This document shows, one piece after another, positions 37,125-47,702 of a DNA stretch of 64,000 nucleotides. Both the position numbers and the translations under genes were made by a program. The stretch's first letter is position 1. The number at the start of each line of letters is the position of its first letter. The stretch is from an uncultured virus (IMG/VR IMGVR_UViG_3300044612_003086) (lineage: Duplodnaviria; Heunggongvirae; Uroviricota; Caudoviricetes). The notes under the pieces were generated by a model that saw nothing but the letters and a program-made list of their open reading frames with translations, made no database searches and had not been told where the DNA came from. The DNA lies in IMG/VR virus record IMGVR_UViG_3300044612_003086, positions 1-64,000 of that record; one strand, given 5' to 3'.

Positions 37125-37328
37125 TTATCTTCCATCCCTAATCTTGTTAATCCTAGTTGATGAATGTTTATGTGTTTTTTTCTTTGCTGAACCATACTCT
37201 ATTTCTAGCCATTCATCAAAATCTTCGTACGCACCGGGGGTGTCCCTGATGTAGCGCTCGTACTCTTTAAGCAATTCGACGTATTCATCGTCGTCTTCAT
37301 CAAATCTTCTACCCATAACTAAAATCAA
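37125..37328 (-). CDS. hypothetical protein
   Basis: Acidic/basic 67 aa ORF. Confidence 0.55.
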   Translation of the reverse strand: MILVMGRRFDEDDDEYVELLKEYERYIRDTPGAYEDFDEWLEIEYGSAKKKTHKHSSTRINKIRDGR

Positions 37329-37828
37329 TCAGCCTTCGATGACCTTGCGCGTTTTCCCGCAGATGAAGCGGCTTCTGTGTTTTTTACAAATTGTCGGCCA
37401 GAACGACTGCCTAATAGCTTTTTTCTATTTGTTGCTGCTCGCTGAGCTGGGGTAAGTCTTGACCACGCTTTTGCTGGGAGATATCTACGCATTCCACCAG
37501 GACGATTTGCTGGTTTTCCGTCTGATGTTCTCCATTTTTCTTTAGTCCATTTCTTTAGAGAGCGTTGACGTTTTTTAAGTCCACCCCTGTATCCGCCACC
37601 GGCTTTTTCATACTCAATGGCAAGTAGTTGGGCTTTACGCGCAGACCACTGTCCTGGTTTCCCGCCTTTTGAGCCGGCCATAATTCTGTTTTTTATTTTT
37701 TCGCGGAGTTGCGGTTTTGTGTAAGACATGTTTGCAGCCTTAGCCAAGATGACAGGAGCTTCGCCGACAAATGTATTGATTGACTCTTCCACCCACGCAG
37801 CTGTTGAATCTGAATTTCGCGTTCTCAT
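37325..37828 (-). CDS. DUF5872-like basic protein
   Basis: YTKPQLREKIK...GSKGGKPGQWSARKAQLLA...GGGY...SLKKWTKEKW. Confidence 0.75.
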   Translation of the reverse strand: MRTRNSDSTAAWVEESINTFVGEAPVILAKAANMSYTKPQLREKIKNRIMAGSKGGKPGQWSARKAQLLAIEYEKAGGGYRGGLKKRQRSLKKWTKEKWRTSDGKPANRPGGMRRYLPAKAWSRLTPAQRAATNRKKLLGSRSGRQFVKNTEAASSAGKRARSSKAD

Positions 37829-37853
37829 ATCGATACCTATATTATTGCACTTT

Positions 37854-40800
37854 TTATGAAGATTTTTTCTTAGTGTTTTTTATGGGCAATCGTGGCTGTC
37901 CTTCATCGCCTGACTCAAAAGCAAGTAGGGCCTTTCTGAACCGTTCAATTGTTTCCCTAGTAATTGTTTGGCCGCCATCGCCGCCGGTATCAATAAAGGC
38001 AGGACTCAGGTCATCTGCCCCAGACTCGAGCAACTCCCACAGAACGTTCAGGTTGGTTACGGCTTTTTGGTTTTCCTGCCCACCCAAATCCCTGGCTCGC
38101 GGAAGGAATTGCGCTGTTGGGTAAATATCGGTTACATCAAGATAAAGAGTTCCGTCATCCACCCATCCGCCGATAGCGACTCTTTCTGCTCCATCCGATG
38201 GGTTGTTGAATACTTCAGGTCCGTGAAAGTCCAGCCATGCAACGAATGTGTCAATAAGTTCTTCTGTTGGCTCTCCATCCGGAGTGAAGTCTGCAGAAGC
38301 TGGAAAAATCATTCCTTTTTTATTTCTTGCTACTGCTATACCATTTTTTATGTCGTCCATTGTGTCTAGCTCGACAGTAAAACCGCCTTGGAATCCTTTT
38401 TGCAGAGTCTTTCTTGCCAGTAGGCGTTTCTCTGGGGTTTCAGCATATTTGACCTCAACCTGTGATGCTATTTGCCGTATCTGCTCTGGAGAGTACTTAA
38501 CTCTTTTTTTCTTCACAGTAGCTCCAGATGAAAGGCGTGGCGCACTGCTTGAATTTCGTTCCTGAGATTTTTCTGCCAGATTTCCCCACGGTTCTGTATT
38601 GCCGTCAACAAACAGTATTGAATAAACATCTTCACGCAGTTTTTTATTTAGCGCATATGTCTTCAACTTATCATTTGGGTGAAGTATCGCAACTACTGCC
38701 TCAGCAAATGCTTCAGCTTTATTTGTATTACCGTAAGAAGAGAGCGTCATCGGACTATCTGTAACCGAATTTATGTCAACCCCGTCAGAGAATCTGGCCA
38801 TCATGTCAGGATTCATAATTACATCGTTATACTCGGACGCAACCTGCAGCGCTTGCGCGTAACGCTTATCCTGAGGGTCACCAGAACCAAAATAATGGCG
38901 ATTTTTTGGCTTGCCAGCTAGTTCGACGTCTTTTAGTGCTCGGAAATGCAACCAATGTCCCCACTCATGGGTTATGACTCCAGCTATTGATTTGTCAATA
39001 GTGTTATCACGGCTCGTTACGAGTCTCGTCGGGTCCATGGTCACGTTTTCGCGTGCTGTGTCTAGCGAATTTGATTCCCTGTCGATAATCAGTCTTCGGT
39101 TAAAGGATACGGAATTAAGGAATGGAGTTGTCCTGGCGCGAACATATGGGTCTTTTGAACCGATTCCGCGAACACTCTTTATTTGTTCAAGTTTTGACGA
39201 AACCTGAGGCAAGCTTTCATACGCCCTCGAAGCATCAGCTGTTTGCATGTAGAAAACGGGAGCACCGTGTGTCTCAAATGCCCACTTTAGTTTTGGATTT
39301 GATTCGACAGCTTGCTCAACAGCGTTACGCACAGCTTCAACTGCTTCGGGGGAGAAATCTATATCATCCCATGGATTGTTTTTAAAATACTCGTCATGGA
39401 CGGCGTTGAATTTTTTTACGTATTCTTCAGAGTCTCGTCCTCCTGGCGCAAAATCATCAATAAGCATTTCAAAGTATTGCTCTTTTGATGTTGGGACGAG
39501 CAATTCAGACATTTGTCTTGGAGTCATGCCCTTTAGCCAGTTCGACTTGCTTCTGCGAACATTTCCGCCAAGTTCACTTTGGTCTCCGTATTTATATTTT
39601 TTCAATTGATGCGCTTTTATATCTGGCTGATTCATTTTGAGTATTGGACGCTCGCCTCCAGACGAAAGACGGTTAGAGGTTCGTCTATTTTTCCTGCCAC
39701 CACGCGATAGGAGGCGATTAACCACAGTCCTTGGAGCTGACTGCTGGCTCTTGCGCTTGATGTCACGCTTCATTAAAATAGTGACGCCTTCTCCGGCTCT
39801 AAATAGCTCATCGGCTTCTTCAAAATCAACAAGCTGTTCTGCTGTTGCATTTGTTTTGAATTTTCCGTTTTTTGATTTTTCGTAGAGCGATGTTATTCTC
39901 TTCTTTTCTTCGTCCGTAAACCAGTTTCGTGATGAATCATTTACCGCATTATCTATTACTTCTATAAATTTTTGCTGCTCGCCCTGCGACGCCCATGTAA
40001 AGCCATTTCTAGCCCAGTGTGTTGCGCCCATATAGTCGCCTTGTTTCCCAGACTGAGCGGAAGCCAATATTGTTTCTGCATCAATCTCTCTGTAAACAGC
40101 CTCGTTTCTGGCGTTGAAAATGCTCGCTATTCCATTGCCTCGAGCTGGGGCACCGACGGATAGTGAATCATGGACAATTATCTTATTTCTTCCATTGATT
40201 ACAATTGTTCTGATTGAATCAGCAATTACCAGTTGGCCTTCGTTTTGCCCTTTTTCGAAGTCCTCCATATCTCCAATTCCGTCCCAACGTTCCCGCCGTG
40301 GAATTCCTGCTTGAGTAAGTCGTTTTACCGCGTCCTTGTCTTTTGTTTCAATGGTGAATTTCAAGCTCACGCTTGTGGATGGCCGCTTTTTCACGCCTTC
40401 CATAATTCCATCGACCCCAAGGGCTTCACTTGCTTCTTCGAATTCTTCTTCGTCCATTTTCTGTACGACGACGTCTGTCGGTGAAACAACAACATCAAAT
40501 GTTCTACCAAGATTTATTTTTTCTCCGTTTGTTGCCGTGACTATAACGTCGTTTCTTGTCGTTATTTCACCAGAAAACATATCTTTCGCTGCTGACTTTA
40601 TTGATTCTTTGAGGGCTTTTCTTTCTTCGCTATCCGCGAGAACCTCTTCTTCGAATACATCGTATTCAATACCCTGAATTTTCTGAAATGAGGAATATCT
40701 TGGGTCATCTTTGGTAATCCACTCATCTTCTTTTTGGAGTTCGTCATTCAGCATCAGCGCAGAGAAACTCTCTACTCCTGCTCGCTGTTCGTTTGATAGG

Positions 40801-43800
40801 TAATTTTCCTCACTTACGACTGAATCGTAAATTTTACCTGAAGACAAACCGCGTATTTCATTAATTCTTTCCAACAAGCGATTATCTTCATTGATGTCAT
40901 ATTCTTCTGCAAGAATTTTACGAATTTTTCGTGCGTAGTTGTATCTCCTTCTAAATAAAGCACGAAGTTGTTTATCTTTTTCTTCATCACTTCTTCTAAG
41001 TGAGTTCGTACTAATATCCCGTATTGAGTCATATGCCAAAATAGGATTGTGAACTTCTATTTCATAAGAATAAGTTGTACGCGTATTGCCATCTCTGTCT
41101 TTGACTTCTTTTTGTATATCCCTGAGTACGTATCCAAATTCTTTAATTGAATCATCATCGCTAATCGCTTGAAATAAAATCCCACTGTCAGGTTTGAGTG
41201 AGGTCTCAATCCGCCCGCCATCATATTCAACTGCAGCTTTTGGAAGTTTGAATGTTTTTGGCTGAATTGCTCCGTCTTGCCCAGATGACAAGGAGTTGCG
41301 TTTATCTGGGTCATAACCCCACTCGAGCCATGAGTCACCGTTGGTGTAGATGTCTTTTGCTTTGACGCGTTTTTTGATTATTTCATAGTCCCCACGAAGA
41401 ACTCCCTCACCGTGCTCAACTGCATACTGTCGTACGGGGGTCACCCAGTCACCTGGATTTATTGATACAAGCTCAGATTCTTCCTGATTGCGTAGAGCAT
41501 CTAGCTCAGATGCAAGTTTGTCGTAATAGTCGCTGTGATGGAGGTTTGTTGATACACCACGAGGTACCCGACCATATTGGAGAATGTATTTCTGCTGTTT
41601 TTCGAGTCTTAGTATTTGCTCATCCCTCGATATCGGAACAGCCCTATACACGGTCACATCGGCATTCGGTTTATTTCTGAAACGACGAACCACATCTACT
41701 GCGGCTGCGTCAAAACTGTCATTACCCGTTCCGTAGTAGCGGATACTTGAGGAGGAATAAACATCATCTGGGTAAACACCAGTCAAATTGTGAAGTGGTG
41801 CTCCAGAATCTGCATCTGGGGCCATATGCATTCCTCTGTAGTCGCCATCATCTCCAGATGAAAGACGGCGATACTCAGCGACATCTTGTTCGAATTTATC
41901 TACCGCTGCTGCAAATTTTGCATTATTTGAATTGAACTTTGCATCCCTTTTGTCTTTGTCCAAAACGTCAGTTGACCAACCATTAATGATGGCTCCATCG
42001 ATAATCGCCGACATGACAAGACCGGTTGCTTCAGCATCTGCATCTGCCGTATGGTGTTTTTCACCTAAATCAACATTGAGGTATTTGGTTATGGCGGCAA
42101 GTCCATTGGACGGCTTCTTGTTCCCGTCTGCATCAAGAACGAATGGGCCGTCGTCTGTTTCTGGCGTCCAACGAGGAAGGGCCATATCTGAAATTTCTTT
42201 AGTGTCTAGGTAGCCCTTGGGTCTCCATGTAATGCCTGATTGAGATAGTGCCAGTTCGAGGACGTCTTTGTCAAATGATGCGTTTTGTACGCCGAATATT
42301 GCATCATCTCCAGCAAACTCGGCAAGTCGTTCATGTGCCTTTTTGATAGATGTTTGGGTTTTTAACCACTCATCTGTCAGCGGATTGCCATCTATGTCCT
42401 TGAGGTTCGCGCGAGACCATTCACCAAGAGATTCTTCTGGGTCCATGAAAATATTGATGCTGTCAATTATTTTTCCGTCTTTCATCTTCACAGCACCAAA
42501 CTGTGTTGGTTGGCCATTGGAAGAAGGTTTGCGGAATTCATCAAATACCAGACCAGTCGTCTCGTAATCAAAGAAAATTATTTCTCGATTTTTGTACTTG
42601 TCCTTAAATTCCTGCCATGTTTTAGCATCGCCAAATTCTTGCTCTGCTCCGCCAATAAAAGCACCGTATGTTGGTTTTCTAGGATAAGAAGGCCTGTCTG
42701 AGCCGCTAGACAAACGCTTTGAGTAGTCAATCGGTTCGTTTATGTCAGCTAGAAGCTCATCAATGTCTACATATCCCCTTTCATCATGCATTTTGACAAT
42801 TCTTGGAGTCATCGCAAACAATATGTCGTCATAATCAGTCTGGCTGAAACCCTGAGGCTTCGAGAGTCCGGCAATCGGCTTGTTTTTTCCTAGTACTTGC
42901 CACTCCCCACCAGGACCAAGGATGTCGGTAATGTCATGACCCCATTTTCCTACACCAAACCATGATGTGCCTCTACGATGTCGTGCTGTTGCTAAATCCT
43001 GCAACCATAATGTGCGTATTTCCTTTATCATCGAGGAAAAGGCTTCAGTTGGATATCTGTCGAGATATCCAGAATATTTTGTAGCAGCTTGATACAGACC
43101 AGAGTGAGTAGACATAAAGTTCTTGTCATCACCAAGTGCAGCCAATACCGACTGCATCTCTGATGCTGCTTTTTCTTCGACTCCTAGATTTAACTCGACC
43201 TCACTGATAATCCCGTCAAGATTAAATGCATTGCCTTTTCTGGCATTTATGTCAGATATTCTCAGGCTGTCACCAACTTCCCAGCCTTTTGTAAATTTAT
43301 CGTCAGAAGCAAATGCCACGTACGGACTACCAATGATGTTCGCAATAGCTCTAACTTCGTCTTGATTCTCAATTACTGAAGACTCATCATTTGCGCGAAG
43401 CTTTTGCAATAATGAGCGATATGCTTTGACTTTGACTGACGTTGAAGCAAAATCACGGCGTAAATTTCGTGACTGTGTCTCATTTAGCTCGCGTGTATTA
43501 CCTAGTATCTGTCCAGAGCCAATTCCTCCACCTTTTGTGCGTTCAGGTATGAATATTCCATCATCTAGTTCTGCTACTCCATGATGAATAAAGTACGCGT
43601 TAGTTGGTGTTGGTGAAATAAAAAGGTTATCTTGTTCTTGCTGACTCAGAGACCTTATCGAATCAGCTTCGCTTTTAAGAACTGCAATTTTTTCTTTTGG
43701 TATTTCTTCAACATCTAGAACATTTTGTTCATCTCGTATTTTTTTGCGATTTTCTTCAAATTCTTGAATTCGTAGGCTTTCTTCAGCAAGATAAAGTTTT

Positions 43801-44471
43801 TCTTTTGCTTCCGTAACCCTACTTGACAGGGCTTTTTTAATTTCGCTTTCCCGTTGCGCAGGGTCGTTAATGTTTCTACTATCGAGGTCTTGCTCGATGA
43901 GTGCTACGTGTTCTTCACGTGTTTGATTTGCTGGATTTATTCCAGGTTTATCAATATCGATGGTGTCGACTGGCTCGTTGCTTCTTGAATTACCGCTAAG
44001 AACGACACCGTTATCTTTTCCTGTCCAATTCCCGGACCGCTCTAATTCGGCAATTGCAGCCCTTAGCCCTTCAACTCTTTTACGAGCCACAGCAACTCTT
44101 TCTTCTACTGGGCTGGTTTGTTCTGTTGTGTTTGCCTGCCCAGAAGAGAGTCGCACGGCTTGTCGAACCGCCTGGGTTTCATCGTTTGTGCCTATAAACC
44201 TTGGACGCGTTGTGCCCTCATCGACCCACCCGTCTGCATCCGGGTCGAAATTACTGCCGGTTGGTTTTCTGCTTCCTGGCACCCCTCCTGTTGGAACATC
44301 AATGTCTCCACGACGACGCCTACGTCCGCCTCCAACATTTGGCCTATCAATAAGACGACTGCCCACATACGAGGCAAGGCGACGACCAATGGCCTTGGTT
44401 TCCTGCTCTAGCTCTCTACCTTTTCGGGAAAGCTCAAACGGAATCTCAAATTCCTCATCTGCGTTAGACAT
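37854..44471 (-). CDS. 2205-aa polyvalent multi-domain protein (DEDDh exonuclease, ART-like, GNAT-like, zincin peptidase-like domains)
   Basis: FFDYETTG...QNASFD...HTADADA (DEDDh); VTVYRAVP...INPGDWVT (ART-like); ARGNGIAS...HWARNGF (GNAT-like); HEWGH...YGNTNKAEAFAE (zincin). Confidence 0.85.
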   Translation of the reverse strand: MSNADEEFEIPFELSRKGRELEQETKAIGRRLASYVGSRLIDRPNVGGGRRRRRGDIDVPTGGVPGSRKPTGSNFDPDADGWVDEGTTRPRFIGTNDETQAVRQAVRLSSGQANTTEQTSPVEERVAVARKRVEGLRAAIAELERSGNWTGKDNGVVLSGNSRSNEPVDTIDIDKPGINPANQTREEHVALIEQDLDSRNINDPAQRESEIKKALSSRVTEAKEKLYLAEESLRIQEFEENRKKIRDEQNVLDVEEIPKEKIAVLKSEADSIRSLSQQEQDNLFISPTPTNAYFIHHGVAELDDGIFIPERTKGGGIGSGQILGNTRELNETQSRNLRRDFASTSVKVKAYRSLLQKLRANDESSVIENQDEVRAIANIIGSPYVAFASDDKFTKGWEVGDSLRISDINARKGNAFNLDGIISEVELNLGVEEKAASEMQSVLAALGDDKNFMSTHSGLYQAATKYSGYLDRYPTEAFSSMIKEIRTLWLQDLATARHRRGTSWFGVGKWGHDITDILGPGGEWQVLGKNKPIAGLSKPQGFSQTDYDDILFAMTPRIVKMHDERGYVDIDELLADINEPIDYSKRLSSGSDRPSYPRKPTYGAFIGGAEQEFGDAKTWQEFKDKYKNREIIFFDYETTGLVFDEFRKPSSNGQPTQFGAVKMKDGKIIDSINIFMDPEESLGEWSRANLKDIDGNPLTDEWLKTQTSIKKAHERLAEFAGDDAIFGVQNASFDKDVLELALSQSGITWRPKGYLDTKEISDMALPRWTPETDDGPFVLDADGNKKPSNGLAAITKYLNVDLGEKHHTADADAEATGLVMSAIIDGAIINGWSTDVLDKDKRDAKFNSNNAKFAAAVDKFEQDVAEYRRLSSGDDGDYRGMHMAPDADSGAPLHNLTGVYPDDVYSSSSIRYYGTGNDSFDAAAVDVVRRFRNKPNADVTVYRAVPISRDEQILRLEKQQKYILQYGRVPRGVSTNLHHSDYYDKLASELDALRNQEESELVSINPGDWVTPVRQYAVEHGEGVLRGDYEIIKKRVKAKDIYTNGDSWLEWGYDPDKRNSLSSGQDGAIQPKTFKLPKAAVEYDGGRIETSLKPDSGILFQAISDDDSIKEFGYVLRDIQKEVKDRDGNTRTTYSYEIEVHNPILAYDSIRDISTNSLRRSDEEKDKQLRALFRRRYNYARKIRKILAEEYDINEDNRLLERINEIRGLSSGKIYDSVVSEENYLSNEQRAGVESFSALMLNDELQKEDEWITKDDPRYSSFQKIQGIEYDVFEEEVLADSEERKALKESIKSAAKDMFSGEITTRNDVIVTATNGEKINLGRTFDVVVSPTDVVVQKMDEEEFEEASEALGVDGIMEGVKKRPSTSVSLKFTIETKDKDAVKRLTQAGIPRRERWDGIGDMEDFEKGQNEGQLVIADSIRTIVINGRNKIIVHDSLSVGAPARGNGIASIFNARNEAVYREIDAETILASAQSGKQGDYMGATHWARNGFTWASQGEQQKFIEVIDNAVNDSSRNWFTDEEKKRITSLYEKSKNGKFKTNATAEQLVDFEEADELFRAGEGVTILMKRDIKRKSQQSAPRTVVNRLLSRGGRKNRRTSNRLSSGGERPILKMNQPDIKAHQLKKYKYGDQSELGGNVRRSKSNWLKGMTPRQMSELLVPTSKEQYFEMLIDDFAPGGRDSEEYVKKFNAVHDEYFKNNPWDDIDFSPEAVEAVRNAVEQAVESNPKLKWAFETHGAPVFYMQTADASRAYESLPQVSSKLEQIKSVRGIGSKDPYVRARTTPFLNSVSFNRRLIIDRESNSLDTARENVTMDPTRLVTSRDNTIDKSIAGVITHEWGHWLHFRALKDVELAGKPKNRHYFGSGDPQDKRYAQALQVASEYNDVIMNPDMMARFSDGVDINSVTDSPMTLSSYGNTNKAEAFAEAVVAILHPNDKLKTYALNKKLREDVYSILFVDGNTEPWGNLAEKSQERNSSSAPRLSSGATVKKKRVKYSPEQIRQIASQVEVKYAETPEKRLLARKTLQKGFQGGFTVELDTMDDIKNGIAVARNKKGMIFPASADFTPDGEPTEELIDTFVAWLDFHGPEVFNNPSDGAERVAIGGWVDDGTLYLDVTDIYPTAQFLPRARDLGGQENQKAVTNLNVLWELLESGADDLSPAFIDTGGDGGQTITRETIERFRKALLAFESGDEGQPRLPIKNTKKKSS

Positions 44472-44532
44472 CTACAAAATGATACCACTTACATAAAACT
44501 CAATAAAAATGAATTTACGTGGTGTTAAGACT

Positions 44533-44895
44533 TTACTGAAGTCTTGTGTTGCATTTTGTGCAGGTTACGGACCATGGATACCGCTTAACCATACTTGGCG
44601 GGTGCTGGCAATCCAGGGCTCGTGTGGCGCGCTCGTTAAGGCAGTTTCGTATCCACGCAGAAAGGGATAGTTGCTCCTCGGATGAGGCTTGTTTCCAGCG
44701 CTCTCTTTCTGCTTCTGTGGTTCGGATGAGAACGGACTTATCGATTGGGGCGTCGTCTTCTTTTGCAACAGGAGCAATAGTTGGACTGATTGTGTCAGCA
44801 ACTTTTTTCATTGCCGCCATCATATTTGAAGCGCTTATATCTTCACTCGTCAAAATCTTTATCTGCTTCTTCACCGTAATCCTCCTCGGATTCAT
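44533..44895 (-). CDS. hypothetical protein, RHH-like + Cys motif
   Basis: VLIRTTEAERERWK...LSAWIRNCL; CTKC. Confidence 0.55.
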   Translation of the reverse strand: MNPRRITVKKQIKILTSEDISASNMMAAMKKVADTISPTIAPVAKEDDAPIDKSVLIRTTEAERERWKQASSEEQLSLSAWIRNCLNERATRALDCQHPPSMVKRYPWSVTCTKCNTRLQ

Positions 44896-45529
44896 CCAGA
44901 CCTGAAAGCTCGACTAATTCGGCATCAATTATGTCCGAACTATCTGTCCCTAGAAGAGACTTTACTGTACTTTCGGGCAACACGCCGGATATAGCCATCA
45001 GTTCCAAAAGTTTTTTTGCTTCGGACTCTGGGTCAAAACCAATCGCCGGTCTTTCAACTCCTGGCTGGCCGGCAATAACTGCTCGTATATTCGTATTGTT
45101 GTTGACATCCATTTGCACATTGACGTTCGTCTGTTCCATGCCAAGGAGTTTTGTCCTCCTGTCCATGATTGATAAAACCTGCTGAATAGCCTTGAGGTCT
45201 GGCTCAATTTGAATTTCCGTGCCATCCTCCTGAACCTCCCTGCGATGTTGCGTCATTGGCCAAATCGCCTGCTGTAGGTTGTCCAGCCGCTCGAGCTCAA
45301 GCCGAAGAACTTCGGGGTAAGCAAGAATTGCTTCCTTGTTCATTTTTTCCAATTGGCGCTGAACTGAACGAGTGACAGATGATGTGGATACCCCGAATCT
45401 TCTGGCTATTTCCTGCACTGACGTTCCAGCCTGGCGCATCTTAAAGATGCGTATATCGCGCTCGTTCAGAAATTCACGAGTCGTTATCGGCTTTGTTTTA
45501 TCATCACTCATGTTGTTGTCTTCATCCAC
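44843..45529 (-). CDS. HTH protein, possibly terminase small subunit-like
   Basis: MRQAGTSVQEIARRFG HTH; ELERLDNLQ...MDRRTKLLG. Confidence 0.6.
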   Translation of the reverse strand: MDEDNNMSDDKTKPITTREFLNERDIRIFKMRQAGTSVQEIARRFGVSTSSVTRSVQRQLEKMNKEAILAYPEVLRLELERLDNLQQAIWPMTQHRREVQEDGTEIQIEPDLKAIQQVLSIMDRRTKLLGMEQTNVNVQMDVNNNTNIRAVIAGQPGVERPAIGFDPESEAKKLLELMAISGVLPESTVKSLLGTDSSDIIDAELVELSGLDESEEDYGEEADKDFDE

Positions 45530-47304
45530 TCTATCACTTCGAATGGGAAGCGTTTTCCGCGTTTCATCTTCAGCGGCCAGTGGCGTTCATCGCGAGCACC
45601 TCTAAAGTGCTTAACGTCATAGACGTAATCGCCACCAGCAGTTGGGTCTGGTTGCAGGGACAAGCCAAATTCTGGCCAGCGCGACCAAACTGCAGAACCG
45701 AATGGACGCAAATCCCTTGACGTAGAACTTGTACCAAGTGGGGCATGGTGCTCAATCCATAGAGCGCAACCATAAACAACGCGAATTGTGTCCAAGTATT
45801 TAGCCACTTCAATGGCGATTGATTCAGAAGTTCTCCCACCTGGGTCAAGAAATGCCTTATATAGCGGCCCTATCACGAGAAGCTGTGGCCTAACTTGGTC
45901 TAGCGCATCTTCAAGGATTGCCCTGTCTGCTGCCTTGAGCAAGTCCATTCCTGATGGTTTGGAAAGCAGGTGTGCGTCGATGCTGTCAGTTCCTGCGTGG
46001 GACATGGCCTGGAGAGCAATTGAGCGTGATGTTCTTCGGATGATTCGTTCTGGGTTTTCTAGGTCAACGGTAAGCGTTGTGATTCTTGGCATTTGCTGAA
46101 AAGAAAAAGGATTTATTCCAGCAGCCGTAAGAATTCCAACCTGACGTGCAAGCATGGTTTTACCAACACCTTCTGCGGCTACGACTATCACTCTTTCGCT
46201 TTTTTCTAATAACCCAGGAATAACCCATTCATATGTGTCGCCAGTGGTTTCACTAAGAAATTCATTCCACTGAACAAGACGACCAGTATCCAGAACAAAG
46301 GACACAGTTGAAGAAGCAATGATTAGATTGCTCTTTGCAATTTTTTGTTTTGCATTTAGGTCGGTTCGCGCAATCAGTTCGCTTAGCTTCTCAATTGCGG
46401 CATCTTCTGGAGTTTGGGGCGACTCAACTTCAACCTCTTCAAAATCAATTTGCTCAAAATCTTGATTTTCCGCGTCCTCGAAAATTGGCAGCAATCCATC
46501 GATTGAGCCACCACTCGACATGTGGTCAGTAATATCCTTGTGTGATGGGCAAACCCATGCCTGCGCGCTGCATCCAGCTGCAGAAAGTGTCTCCACTACT
46601 TCATTGGCGTGTTTTACCCCAATTTCATCATTGTCGGCGATGACCTCTACAACGGCTCCAGCCAGTGCCTCTGTGTGGATGTCGAGCCATTTACCAGCAC
46701 CGCCAGGCATTGTTGTTGCAACAATCCCCATGTCAATGAGCGTGTTGGCATCCTTTTCCCCCTCAACAACCCAAATTGGCACACCATTTTTCTTGGCTTC
46801 AAGAACTGCTGGCAAATTGTAAAGAACTTTCGGCGTATCGCCGAGAGCATAAACCCAGCCATTTCGCCCATCTGGCTTTCTCTGACTGAATGACTTCTTG
46901 CCATTTTCATCGACGTATCTAACTTTTTGAAATAGCAACTGATGATTTTCATCAACAAAGTCATACGACTCGACAAAAGTCAACTTCGGTTTCTGTGTGG
47001 GTATTGGTTTTTTTTCTGTCTTTATTGGCTTGTCTGTTGCAGCATTTCTGATGACGGGTTTTGAATCCTGCGGCATTAAGTCCGAAACGCGCAAACCAAC
47101 CGAACTGCAAATTTCATCAACATTGCACGACATTGCGCGGTGGCAAGTAACTAGAACACGGCCGTCGTTCCCCTCCGAGACAGATAAGGACGGGTTTGAG
47201 TCGTCGTTTCTGCACGGACAGCGAGCAACCCATCCGGTGCTTGTTTTACGGACGCCATCAAGCAGTCCGAGAAAATTTTCTACTGGGTCGGATATTTGGG
47301 TCAT
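45508..47304 (-). CDS. DNA primase-helicase (Zn-binding + TOPRIM + RepA/AAA_25 helicase)
   Basis: ARCPC...PSLSV...CH; VVEGEKDA, IADND; AAEGVGKT. Confidence 0.9.
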   Translation of the reverse strand: MTQISDPVENFLGLLDGVRKTSTGWVARCPCRNDDSNPSLSVSEGNDGRVLVTCHRAMSCNVDEICSSVGLRVSDLMPQDSKPVIRNAATDKPIKTEKKPIPTQKPKLTFVESYDFVDENHQLLFQKVRYVDENGKKSFSQRKPDGRNGWVYALGDTPKVLYNLPAVLEAKKNGVPIWVVEGEKDANTLIDMGIVATTMPGGAGKWLDIHTEALAGAVVEVIADNDEIGVKHANEVVETLSAAGCSAQAWVCPSHKDITDHMSSGGSIDGLLPIFEDAENQDFEQIDFEEVEVESPQTPEDAAIEKLSELIARTDLNAKQKIAKSNLIIASSTVSFVLDTGRLVQWNEFLSETTGDTYEWVIPGLLEKSERVIVVAAEGVGKTMLARQVGILTAAGINPFSFQQMPRITTLTVDLENPERIIRRTSRSIALQAMSHAGTDSIDAHLLSKPSGMDLLKAADRAILEDALDQVRPQLLVIGPLYKAFLDPGGRTSESIAIEVAKYLDTIRVVYGCALWIEHHAPLGTSSTSRDLRPFGSAVWSRWPEFGLSLQPDPTAGGDYVYDVKHFRGARDERHWPLKMKRGKRFPFEVIEWMKTTT

Positions 47305-47308
47305 TTGG

Positions 47309-47677
47309 TCACTTGAGATTCATTCCTGGAATAAGAATTATCGGTTCACGCGGAACCAATTGTATTTTCATTCTACGTCGCAAAGTCTTCCGTTGTCGCT
47401 CGGTTGTACCAGCCCAGATACCGTACTTTTCGTGGTAAATGCTGTATGCAAAACACTGTTCTATTTTTGCGCATTCATTGCAAATTTCAATAGCGAGCTT
47501 GGTGTTGTCTCGAGACTCGATATAGCTTTCCTTGAAATCATCGCTCTCTCGGTCAGCGTGTGGAAAGAAAATGTTTGGGCTGTAATTTTTGCATGCGCCA
47601 TCAGTCGGCGGTCTATCCACTCGTACTGGAATTTCACTTTGCGTATATGGATAGCTTGGCACTGTTCCCCCAATCAT
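47309..47677 (-). CDS. whiB: WhiB-family transcriptional regulator
   Basis: AC...FFP...ICNEC...QC...YGIWAGTTERQR. Confidence 0.9.
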   Translation of the reverse strand: MIGGTVPSYPYTQSEIPVRVDRPPTDGACKNYSPNIFFPHADRESDDFKESYIESRDNTKLAIEICNECAKIEQCFAYSIYHEKYGIWAGTTERQRKTLRRRMKIQLVPREPIILIPGMNLK

Positions 47678-47702
47678 GAACTATAAATTGATGGGAGTGA
47701 TG

